Shown piece by piece: positions 1-11,900 of a stretch of 64,000 bases of DNA (its first letter is position 1; the number at the start of each line of letters is the position of its first letter). The DNA is from Hormiphora californensis. Its lineage: Eukaryota; Animalia; Ctenophora. A program made the position numbers and the translations under genes. The notes under the pieces were generated by a model. It saw nothing but the letters and a program-made list of their open reading frames with translations, was not told where the DNA came from and made no database searches. The stretch covers positions 8,742,001 to 8,806,000 of the forward strand of contig CM035353.1 of the NCBI GenBank assembly GCA_020137815.1. Direction: 5' to 3'.

Positions 1-925
1 CTGCCATCCTGGGGTAGGGGGAGGTACGGGGAGGTAGCTGCCATCCTGGGGTAGGGGGAGGTACGTGGAGGTAGCTGCCATCCTGGGGTAGGGGGAGGTA
101 CGTGGAGGTAGCTGCCATCCTGGGGTACGGGAAGGTACGGGGAGGTAGCTGCCATCCTGGGGTAGGGGGAGGTACGTGGAGGTAGCTGCCATCCTGGGGT
201 AGGGGGAGGTACGGGGAGGTAGCTGCCATCCTGGGGTAGGGGAGGTACGTGGAGGTAGCTGCCATCCTGGGGTAGGGGGAGGTACGTGGAGGTAGCTGCC
301 ATCCTGGGGTAGGGGGAGGTACGTGGAGGTAGCTGCCATCCTGGGGTAGGGGGAGGTACGGGGAGGTAGCTGCCATCCTGGGGTAGGGGGAGGTACGTGG
401 AGGTAGCTGCCATCCTGGGGTAGGGGGAGGTACGTGGAGGTAGCTGCCATCCTGGGGTAGGGGGAGGTACGTGGAGGTAGCTGCCATCCTGGGGTAGGGG
501 GAGGTACGTGGAGGTAGCTGCCATCCTGGGGTAGGGGGAGGTACGTGGAGGTAGCTGCCATCCTGGGGTAGGGGGAGGTACGGGGAGGTAGCTGCCATCC
601 TGGGGTAGGGGGAGGTACGTGGAGGTAGCTGCCATCCTGGGGTACGGGAAGGTACGGGGAGGTAGCTGCCATCCTGGGGTAGGGGGAGGTACGGGGAGGT
701 AGCTGCCATCCTGGGGTAGGGGGAGGTACGGGGAGGTAGCTGCCATCCTGGGGTAGGGGGAGGTACGTGGAGGTAGCTGCCATCCTGGGGTAGGGGGAGG
801 TACGTGGAGGTAGCTGCCATCCTGGGGTAGGGGGAGGTACGTGGAGGTAGCTGCCATCCTGGGGTAGGGGGAGGTACGTGGAGGTAGCTGCCATCCTGGG
901 GTAGGGGGAGGTACGTGGAGGTAGC
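1..925 (+). repeat. 37-bp G-rich minisatellite (~25 copies), probably in a GPCR intron
   Basis: Unit CTGCCATCCTGGGGTAGGGGGAGGTACG(T/G)GGAGGTAG repeats with period 37 from base 1; truncated by the window start. Confidence 0.95.
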
Positions 926-1272
926 CAGTTTCGGATATCTTGGACACGGGGGAGAGGGGCCGGGGGGAACTTTAATGTACTATTGTGTTTTAGCGTATAT
1001 TCGAAAGACTCTGAAGAGGAGGAATATTCTTATACTAATGACGAGTTTTTTATGGTTTGTTACAACACCGACTACATCAAATTTATAAAGGTATGTTTTA
1101 CTGAATAGAAGGGAAAATACTATTCTCAATTTACCCCCCCCCCCCCAGTTGTACAGTGCACACTGTACACTGTACCCAGGTACCCTATTTATCAAAGCAT
1201 TCGAAATCAATATCCCCTAGCTAAATGTCACCCTTAAAATATCATGTTTTGTACAACTATAACAATCCTCAG

Positions 1273-2175
1273 AGTGGCACTAATAGTGGTGGCATCTCAG
1301 CGCGGTTAAAACTACTGGACCAGTGTATCATTATAGTAACATGTCAAGTGGCTACCTTGGTCAGCTCCATCCTCGTTGTGGCAAGGGTACGTGCAATTAA
1401 TTAATTAATGTGTATGGATACCAGATATGTTTAACCAACTTCTTCAAAATCGCAGCCCCCACAATTACACCCTAACACCATACCTAACAACTAACCACTC
1501 TGTTCCCAGTTATCACATAGACTGCACATCAAGAGAGTTGCACGTGCCCCGCCCCTCACCTCCACAGTAAGACGTCCATCCCAACCAACTCCAGATACCG
1601 CAGTGGAGCAGAAGACTCACCACTTCCACCCCTCCCCCGACAACTATAGTACCACCATGTGCAACTCAGTGCGTGATGACGAGGTCACTATTGACAACAC
1701 CCTGGGCGAGGAATCATCGGACTCAGCAGGTCAACACACAAAGAGGACGAGCAGGAAGAAGAAGAGGGAAGCTGAGAGACATGCCATCATTACCATGGTT
1801 ACAGTCATTGTATTCTTCATGGTCACCTATACCCCCAGTTTCATCTGTTTCATCTGGCCGGGACTTTACAACAAGGAAGACAAGGGAGAGGCGTGGATAT
1901 TTCTACTAATCGACTATTGTACATTTGTAAACTCTACCTTCCTTCCCATGGTTCACTTTTCAAGAAGTGCGGGGTTCAAGAGTCAGCTAAAGCACCTGGG
2001 TGGAAGGTTCAGGAAGATCTTCTCCACCAGCAGGGGCAGTAGGGCGGGTGTGGGGAAGAGCACCATTGCAGAGAGAAATAAAACAATGCGTACGGAGTTA
2101 GAACGGAATGGGACTACTACTGTAGGGGGAGGAGAAGGGACTACAGTAGACATATCTCCACCGAGCCGTGACTGA
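1273..2175 (+). CDS. Rhodopsin-class (class A) GPCR, last two exons (1273-1386, 1510-2175), TM5-TM7 and C-tail; 5' partial
   Basis: Exon 1273-1386 (cag|...AGG|gtacgt) encodes hydrophobic CIIIVTCQVATLVSSILVVAR. It splices in phase 0 to 1510, which is in frame with ORF 1603-2175. That ORF has a basic ICL3 end (KKKREAERHA), TM6 (AIITMVTVIVFFMVTYTP), TM7 (FVNSTFLPMVHF, NSxxNPxxY-like) and helix 8 (GFKSQL). Confidence 0.8.
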
Positions 2176-2986
2176 TAACTAATCAAAAACCAAAAAAACA
2201 TGATTTTAGGGGGGTAGCAGGGTTTTTAAATACTGGTTTAAATTAGATCTACAAAAGGAAATTATTTTACAGCTTTATTTTAGTGACAGTGTTACCATAT
2301 CTGATCCTATCTCAATCAATGTATAATTAGTACACTATGTTTGGCATATTGATCTCTTTTTACACAAACTGGTTTTGTGACTTTTATGACCCTCTTCATG
2401 AGTTGTCTTGCATTTGGGAGACATGGTCATGAAAACTAGTTCGGAAATGCTAGATGGACCCCTAGCATGATTGACACGCAACCCAAACGTGTTCCTGTGA
2501 GGGACGCGTTTTGGCAAGTGGGTTTAAATGAGCATCCTGTGTGTTAATAGTGCAGTACATGATACCGTGATTTGTAGAGGGGGTTCCACCAAGCATTTCC
2601 AAGCAGTATTCGACCCAGAGAGAAAATATGTGAAAACAATAACGCCTAAATAATTCTATCAACACATGTTCACAACTTATACATTTCTAGAAATGACAGC
2701 TTGATCCCGGATATTGTGAAACACCTTTATTGGCCTTCGTGATGTCAGTGGACCAATCCCAATGGACCTTTATAACTTCAACGGGTAATTAATCTAACAA
2801 CTGAACATTATACTAGCTATTAAACGGCCGCCCTGATCGTGAATAGACATGGCTTTGTTCTGTGTACTGGCTGTTTTATCGACGTTTTTAAATTATCAAT
2901 ATTTTCAATAGGTCAGGAAGGAAAGCATACAAAGATATTTCAACAAAAACTGATTGACACTAAGATTATACAATTGATTGGATGAG

Positions 2987-5900
2987 CTAACCCATCTGAC
3001 CAGGTTTGTGGGTTTTCTTGATCAGTTTAATTTTCTTCTTGTCTTCCACCTCAAATCTCAGTAGACCCTTTGCTCCTTTCTGGTAGACCGCAGCTATCTT
3101 TATCTGCAGAGAGTTGGATCAGTTGCATGTCAAATCAATTAGCAAATAGGACACCCCCTCTCCTTTATAATGCCCCAGGTAAGCGGACTCTAGTGGGGGA
3201 GGGGGGTTCCAACCTATTTGTTGTACGTTTGTACGAAAAAAAACACGGGTTTCCTCAAACAAAAAAATACAAAAAAATACAAAAAAGCACAAAAAAATAC
3301 AAAAAATACAAAAAAATAAAACGGGGTATAAACGATTAAACAAAGCTTTTCTGATCGTTGAAACTTTAGTTTATGATCATAATTGTGTCATAAATTCCTA
3401 TTAAACTGTGGTTTCATACAAAATTAGCAACTTTTTCTTATAATTGAAAGATAAAAACATGTTTTAATCATGTTTTAATTGTTCTTTATCAAAACACAAG
3501 GAAATATTCTATTCAAAATTTTCGAAATCTGAATCAATGATGTTTACTTTTTCGAATTTCGAATGAAAGATAATAATTACACGACAAACGTTCCTAGGTG
3601 GTATGTACATTAGGACAAAAGGAACCCGTCCATGAACTTTTACTAGGCACCCACCTCCATAATTTGTTGTGCTTTTTTTGTACTGTTTGTACGAAAAATT
3701 GGAATTTCTAAGAGAGAAAATCTTTCCAAATCGAACTTTCTATCCAAGAAAGTATTATCGAATCGCAATTTCTAAGCGAGAGAAATTTTCCCGAATCGCA
3801 ATTTTTTACCGAGAAATTTTTTCGAATCGTATTTTCTAAGCGAGAAATTTCCCCAAATCGCAATTTCTTAACGAGAAAATTTTCTTGAATCGTATTTTCT
3901 AAGCGAGAAATTTCCCCGAATCGCAATTTCTTACCGAAAAAATTTTCTCGAAACGTATTTTCTAAGCGAGAAATTTCCTCGAATCGAAATTTGTTACCGA
4001 GAAAATTTTTCTCGAATCGTATTTTCTAAGCGAGAAATTTCCCCGAATCGCAATTTCTTACCGAGAAAATTTTTCTCGAATCGTATTTTCTAAGCGAGAA
4101 ATTTCCCCGAATCGCAATTTCTTACCGAGAAAATTTTCTTGAATCGTATTTTCTAAGCGAGAAATTTCCCCGAATCGCAATTTCTTACCGAAAAAATTTT
4201 CTCGAATCGTATTTTCTAAGCGAGAAATTTCCCCGAATCGCAATTTCTTACCGAGAAAATTTTCTTGAATCGTATTTTCTAAGCGAGAAATTTCCCCGAA
4301 TCGCAATTTCTTACCGAGAAAATTTTTCTCGAATCGTATTTTCTAAGCGAGAAATTTCCCCGAATCGCAATTTCTTACCGAGAAAATTTTCTTGAATCGT
4401 ATTTTCTAAGCGAGAAATTTCCCCGAATCGCAATTTCTTACCGAGAAAATTTTCTCGAATCGTATTTTCTAAGCGAGATATTTCCCCGAATCCCAATTTC
4501 TTACCGAAAAAATTTCTCGAATCGTATTTTCTAAGCGAAAAATTTCCCCAAATCGCAATTTTTACCGAGAAAATTATCCCGAATCGAAATTAGTACCGAG
4601 AAAGTGATCTCCAACTGAGAAAATTTTCTCGTAATCGTAACGGTAATCTGAATCAATGATTTCGTTTTTTTAGAATTTCAAAAACGTGTACTTTTACACA
4701 CTTTTTTAGTATGTAATTTTAGCAGGAAAATGGACGACAATGGAACTAAAAACGTTCATATATATGATAGATGGTACATGAACATAAACGGAACCCAGCT
4801 ATGTATTATTTATACTTTTATCAGGCACCCACATCCTTCATTATTTTTTTGTATTTTTTTGTATTGTTTGTATGGAAAAAAACAGGAATTTCGGATACTT
4901 TTATGTATGGTCCGTACAAAACCGTACAAAACCGTACAAAAAAATAGGTTGGAACCCCCCCTCTAGTGCTAAAATCACGAAAAGCGAACTCGAGATTTCG
5001 GCCGTTAGGCCGGAAACGAGAGTTTGCTGTGCCTCTATACTCATTTAGAAGTGTTAGGGCCGTTATTTGGGTTCGAGAACTTTAGGGGTAAGTGTAAAGG
5101 TTAGGGTTAGATATAGAGTCCTCCTTGGGTTTAGATATAGAGTCCGTTAGCACTAGAGTCCGCCTACCACTCCCCCTTTCCCCCTCCCCCTAATTACCTC
5201 GTTACACTCCTCAATCTGGACGTTGTCTTTTACCCAGTTACCGTCAGCCTGTTTCTCCAGCTGAATATTACTTTTACCCATCACCATCATCACCTGGAAA
5301 TAGGGTCCTTGCTACAGAGTGTTCCATCGCAGCGCAAAAACCATCAGTTTAATTGTTTTAGTTATCGCGATATATTACAACATACCTTGGTGGCATCAGC
5401 TACAAATAATTTAAAATTGTAGACCTTCCCAATACACAGAAGACCCTGAATTGGACTGTATAGATGGTGCCCCGGCATACCTAGTGGGAGAGGAACAGTT
5501 GATTGGAGAATATGTATTATTCTTGTTATCTAGGCGCTATAATACACGATATACCGGGTGTGTCGGGGTATGACCGGTAAATTTGAATATAAAATTGTCA
5601 TTTGATAACCAATTATCTAACTTGTTTCCACAGCTAGTACATACCCCATTCACTCCAGAAGAAGGGGAAAGAGGCGATGTTACTCGGCTTGCTACTATTT
5701 ATCAGATATGTTATCAGCAGATCGTACTTAGATTTCTTGTCGTCCATGTCCTTCCCGTATATCCTAGGTGATTGGTTTTATGAAGGAGCAACTACAGCAT
5801 TGTCGAACTTCTCAAAAGTGGTATACTTACTTCAGAACATACTCTCCGGGATCATATGTCTTCACATAGATGGTGGCAATTTTACTCTTTCTGCCAATAA

Positions 5901-8900
5901 AAGTATAGCTAGACGCCATCTGACGATCGTTCCTTAATAGTTTAGTGATGATACCAACATGTGCAGGGGGTAGCAATCTAACCTGTATGACGTAAGTGTA
6001 GAATACTAATCCATCTATAGTCCCTGGAAAATGACTAAGGCGGTTCAAGGTGCGCGATTTTTCCTGCTATTTTTGCAAATTGGGTCCGCCTAATGTGTCC
6101 CAACATCTAAAACCAACCCAGCCGCACACAGTGGAAGCATGGAATCGCTTGTAACTCGCGTTTCCTGCTTGCTATGCTCCTGAAACTAACGGTAACACGC
6201 ATAGCGAACCGCCTCAGTCATTTTCCAGGGGCTATAGTTCTCTGGACTCTGACCCATTATATGTAGTTACCTTAGCGTCCCCATCTACGTCGTCATTAAT
6301 TGTCTCCATAACGTCGATTAGTTTTACATTAAGCTCATAAAACCGGGTTGTAGGGAACGCCCTGTTTACAAACTCATCCTGATAAGGTGCAGTTTGGTTT
6401 GGTGTAGTGTTTATGAAGTAAAACTAGTGTGGTATTACCGGCCCCTGTTATTGAGTTAGGAAAGTCAATTGTGGTAGAAGATGCTAGAAGATACGGTACA
6501 TGGTACTCACGTCACTGAGAGGGTGTGCTAGAAGCTGCCATGACTTGTTCTCCGGGTAGTGTCCGTCTATGTATTCTCCCGGGGCTGTCAGCCAATAGAA
6601 ATCCGAGTGCCTATAGGATTGTAGCAGGAATTGTTACAATAAGTAAACACACACACACCCTCTACTAATTGTTACAATAGTTCAGCTAATAAGCTGCATT
6701 ACAATGCAGTTCCTAATATTTAACTGACTGTCTGACGAAGAGCTGTCTCTCCATGTCCATGAAACCCGCTGCCCAAGTTATCTCCAGTAGATACCAGTGT
6801 CCGTTTGCTTTGAAGGCATTCCATGCATGACGCATCTGCTGATCCAGAGGGAGGTTCTTGTTGAATTGGTGACCCTTGCTGTACCCTGATATCTGCAGTG
6901 GAGTATAAACTTTACTGCAGTGGATAGTTGATTGCATAGTTAGTGAAATAATACAACTGCAGTGGTTAGTTGATTGCATAGTTAGTGAAATAATACAACT
7001 GCTTTGATCAGTGCGTGTAGTATAATAATACTCACATAGACAGCCTTGAGACCGGCAGCTTCACAGAGCGATTTGAAAAGATTCGCATACCCCGCACAAA
7101 CACTTGTCCTGTTCTTCAGAGTCCCCTCACCAGTCACATCCGGGTACCTCATCGCTAGAAAATCAGCCACCGCGTAACTAATATTTTCTGTGATCCACCT
7201 GCAACAATGCATGTGTGTCAGACATTCACAATTACTGTCAAAAAGTTGGAAATTGTAGGGGCAGTCTAAAAGAATATTACGGATCAGATCCCTCAATATT
7301 ACTAAGTAACTCTCCTTTAGATGTTTCATAATTAGCTGGAAATGTTTTGCACCTGTATATTGCCCTGGCCTTGTGCCCCTCGTCCTGGAACGGTTCGGTC
7401 AGGTACTTCGCTAGTTGTTCCACAGACCCTGTTTGATCATCTGGACAGTTTAACGCGTGATAATCTACATTCCTAAAATGAGAAAGATTTCAATTTCACA
7501 TTCAAAATTGGTACGAGTATCCTTAAAATGGACTTGGAAAATGCAAGAAAAGTGTATATTTTACTCCGGGGTAAAGTTTCAGGGTGATATTGCAAAGTTT
7601 GTGCCTCTCAGAGGCCTTCAAAGTGCTGGGTCACCTGTGACCCAATCGTCCCCTAACGCTAAAACAGAAATTTGCATTTTACGAGCATTTCTAAAGGAAT
7701 GGCCGCGGATAAAAGTCCAAAACGGCATTTTTTAAACAGGTGCTAGCGACTAACCGACTCCATCATTGTTATCTCAACATCCAAGGGAGTCGATAAACAA
7801 ATTTGTGAGATCCGTGCTCCTTCAGAAAATTTTTCATCTCGGCCAATTTTGAAATTCTAAAATCGGCTACAGATGAGATAGAGAGGTCCATAGGGTGTGC
7901 AAAATGTGCAGAACGGCCGGGTTTATATAAGTGTTATGAAGAAACATAGGGCCTTAAATGAACGGTTTTCGAGTTATGGGGCAAAATAGCTGCGAAATCT
8001 CAATTCCTGTTTTAGCGTTAGGGGACGATTGGGTCACAGGTGACCCAATAGAAATACAGGTGGTAGAACCAAAATTCCTTTTCCTACGTTTAAGTAGGTT
8101 CAAAGTAAGTGTCTCCAGAAAGTTTTAGAGAATTCTGTCGACAGGGGGCTTATCGTCCCCAAAGGGTTAAATTGTATCCAGATACAGCCCATTTTCAGTG
8201 CAGGACTCACATACAATATTCATGACTACTCACTGGAGATCTTTTGGGGTGTTCTTTATTCTTTCTGCTTTCTTTCTCGCTCTGTAGTTTCGAACAAGCC
8301 TCTGTATTAAACACTGCAAGGACAAATGAAATACTCAATTACAGTATCAACTCCGGATAAAGTTTCTAATGGGAAACATATTTAAAGACTAGACCTGGAT
8401 CTCCTAACCATTGTGATATCTAGGAACTATAGATCTCCTAAACATTGTGATATCTAGGGACTATAGATCTCCTAAACATTGTGATATCTAGGGACTATAG
8501 ATCTCCTAAACATCGTGATATCTAGGAACTATAGATCTCCTAAACATTGTGATATCTATACTAGGGACTATAGATCTCCTTACCACTGCCCTGCTGAGAG
8601 TTAAAAAGTTAGTTGTCGTTTTCTGTTGCTCGTAGTAGGATACCATGTTTGGTTTAGCAAATACTCCCCTGCCCAGCTCACATGTAAAATACCTGCCGGG
8701 GTGCTGCCTGTTAACGTCCTAATACTCTGCTAATCTAAATGTTTAATCTCATAGGAACAAAGATGATCCATGAGATTAAACATTTTGCCCAGAGATTTTA
8801 TCACCGTTGGGCTTTGGTCTACTTATGTTTAAAGCTACCCAATACAAGTCTACAAATTATAAAATGTTGAATTAACAGAACGTCTAAACAGATGCAGCTG

Positions 8901-11900
8901 AAGAGAAGCCTGCATGAAGTCTTTACTGACCTTTTGAACTGATGGGTTCCGTCGTTGCCACTTTTTAGTTCTTTGTCGCACTCTATTCCACACCACTCCC
9001 CCTCCTCTATGTTAGTGGGTCCCACATACCGGACTGTACCTGTGTATCCTAGGGTTGCCACCCGGTCACCCACTTTAAAGGGATTTGACTGCCCGTTTTT
9101 CCTGAAACATGAACGAAATTAACATCACAGCATCCCCCCCCCATTTTGAGTCGCTTGACACTGTGACCGTGCGCTTAGAATAAAAGAAAGTGTTAACAAT
9201 TCAACCCCAATTGTGAATGTGTTGTGGAATGTTACTTGACAAGGCCGGCAATAATAGAGCGGAGGAGCTTATCGAAATCCCTGAGAGCGTGATCAAAGTC
9301 ATCCATTGCAGTTACAAGATCTGCCTCCTCAATATCCATTTGAGTTGCTAACTCTGCTAAGTTTATCAAGGCAACCAACTCTGTAACCTGTAGATGGAGA
9401 TGGAGGGACTTCTGATGGGTGCAGTTTGGTTTTGTTCGACCCTGTCTCACCTCGCCCCGCACGGTGAAACACCTCTTTATGTAAAGGAGAGTTAGAACAT
9501 GACATTAAGTTCGGTTTTCACAATGCTTATTTGGTTATGTTGATTATCTTACCACGCCCTCGTATGCATCGTGGAGAACTTTTGGCTTTTTGCCAGCGAT
9601 CTTTATACCCTTAACGAAAGCCACCACTTGGCTGAAAAAGAACTTGAACATTTGAACCCCTTCATCAACAATTTCCTTGAAGTGGACAGCATCATCCTCT
9701 AAATCCATCAGGGTTTTCATCTATGGGGTGACGTGTTACATCACAGTTCTCATCTGATTGAACAATGTCAATACAATATTTAGAATTTAGATTGACAAGA
9801 AACGTTTTAGACAATACCTTCCGCAGCCTGTCATAAATGCCAGCCTTGTTATTCCCGCGAATCTTCATCGCATCCTCTGGATCTTTATTCCAAGCTGATT
9901 TTATCTGAGAACCTATACTTTTCCGAGACCTTTCTCTCGTCAATCTCTTTTGTTCCTCCTTTTTATCATCCTTCTTCTTTTTCTTCTGTTTCTTTTTCTT
10001 GCCTTAATACAGCCGTGATTAGTTGTTAGACAATATAAACAAATGCTTTAATCTGCAGTATCCTACCTTTACCTTTCTTAGCATCATCTGAACTACTGTC
10101 GCTGCTACAAGATGTTCCTAACTCTTCCTTTACCTTTCTTAGCATCATCTGAACTACTGTCGCTGCTACAAGATGTTCCTAACTCTTCCTTTACCTTTCT
10201 TAGCATCATCTGAACTACTGTCGCTGCTACAAGATGTTCCTAACTCTTCCTTTACCTTTCTTTGCATCATCTGAACTACTGTCGCTGCTACAAGATGTTC
10301 CTAACTCTTCCTTGATCCTCTTCTTCACAACTTTTAGCACACCCGGCCAGGTGTAATCAAAGTTCAGCAGACCTGCAGGGAGGGTTGTTTACTGTCTGGC
10401 CCACAAGAGACAAGATCTATTATACCAGGACTAGTTCTACTAGGAAACTACACACCTGTTTCATCGCCCTTTTCAGCGGTGTCATTCTTATCACCACCAG
10501 GTCCTGTGGCCCAGTCCCTTCTATCCACGGGGCCACTCTGAACCGGACCTGGTTCCGGGCCAGTAGGGGTGACCGCTGTTACTTCCTCTTTCTCCTCTTC
10601 CTCCTCTTCCAAAGGGAGTTCTTTTTGTGCAGCGATGGGGGAGAGTTGTGTAGTGTAGCAGGGTAGTGCAGCTCCCTCGACAACCATTGGAGGAGGATGG
10701 TCCTCAACTGGTAGAGGCGTCAGGATATCTCTCTCCAGGTTCTTGATTTCATTCACTGTCACTGTGAATTAATATCATGGTAATTACTAAGAGAGAGAAA
10801 GAGAGAGAGAGAGAGAGAGTGCGTGAGAACTTGGAGAGAGATGGCACAAGAATACCTATAGTACTTAGTTCAGATTATGTCTGGCAGCGCCAGACCCCAA
10901 CTTGATTCTCGACAATGCGCTCATATTGGGTCCAAAGCACAGATCATGGGTACATTTCCCGCAGCGTCAAGTATCGACAAAAGGCCACGGGTGTTCCAAA
11001 TTTCCTTTGATTTTTTGGTCTATTATAGTTGACATGGGGGACCTGCCTCAACATCCTCAGCTACCCTATTTTTGGTTGTTATGTTCTTTGAGATTTTAGG
11101 GAAAATTTCCTCAATTACGTTTGAGATTTTTGGTGATCTATTCTGGCTCCCATTTCGAGCCCCTGTAATCCCCTGTGTGTAATACAGATTGTGTATACAT
11201 TGTGTATACCTGGCAGTGAGGGTCGTTCAGCGTGGGGAAATCGCCGCATCCTCTCTTCCCTGCCGTATATTCTATCTAATATCTCGACCTTCCTCCTGGT
11301 AGTCTCATCAACACTATCGTGCCACCTGAAAACAGTCATATAATATGTATGTTGAGTGTTACAGTGGTTGTTGTATGGTTGAGCAACAGTTTAAACTGTT
11401 AAACTAGTTTTTCTAGGTATTACCTGCTTTGGAAGCTAGATTGTTGTTGTTGTGACCCAAATCCAAAAGTTCTGGCTGATTGAGCTGTAGGTGCCTGGGA
11501 AGAAGTGAGTGCCCCAGAGCTGAGACTAGACGCCCAACTTGTTCCAGAAGTGAGACGTGAGGGTGTGAGAGGTGGTATCCGGTATTGCGCTAGTTTCAAC
11601 TCCATCTCTCTCTTCCCTCTTTCCATTTCACTACTAAAATTATGAGTACATTGATTGAAAAGACTGCCTGAAGAATTGCTGTGCTGGGTATGGTTGTATT
11701 CCAAATTACTAACTAAACCTCGAGACAACCCATACTTTGAGCCACCAGACACTCCAGAACCAGAATGATTCGTTCCGAATGAACCGCTTTGTCCGATACT
11801 TGTTTCACGATGGGAAATACTCGTTGTAGTTGTACCTAACTGCTCACTGCTCTCAGAGCTACCGACATTGGGAAGATTGCCAGATTGGAGAGTGGTACTG

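Noticed and set aside
3708-4496. Repetitive ORFs (RFGEISRLENTI..), and similar ones at 39839-40225 and 56373-56989
   Set aside because: Translations of non-coding tandem arrays inside transposons or introns.
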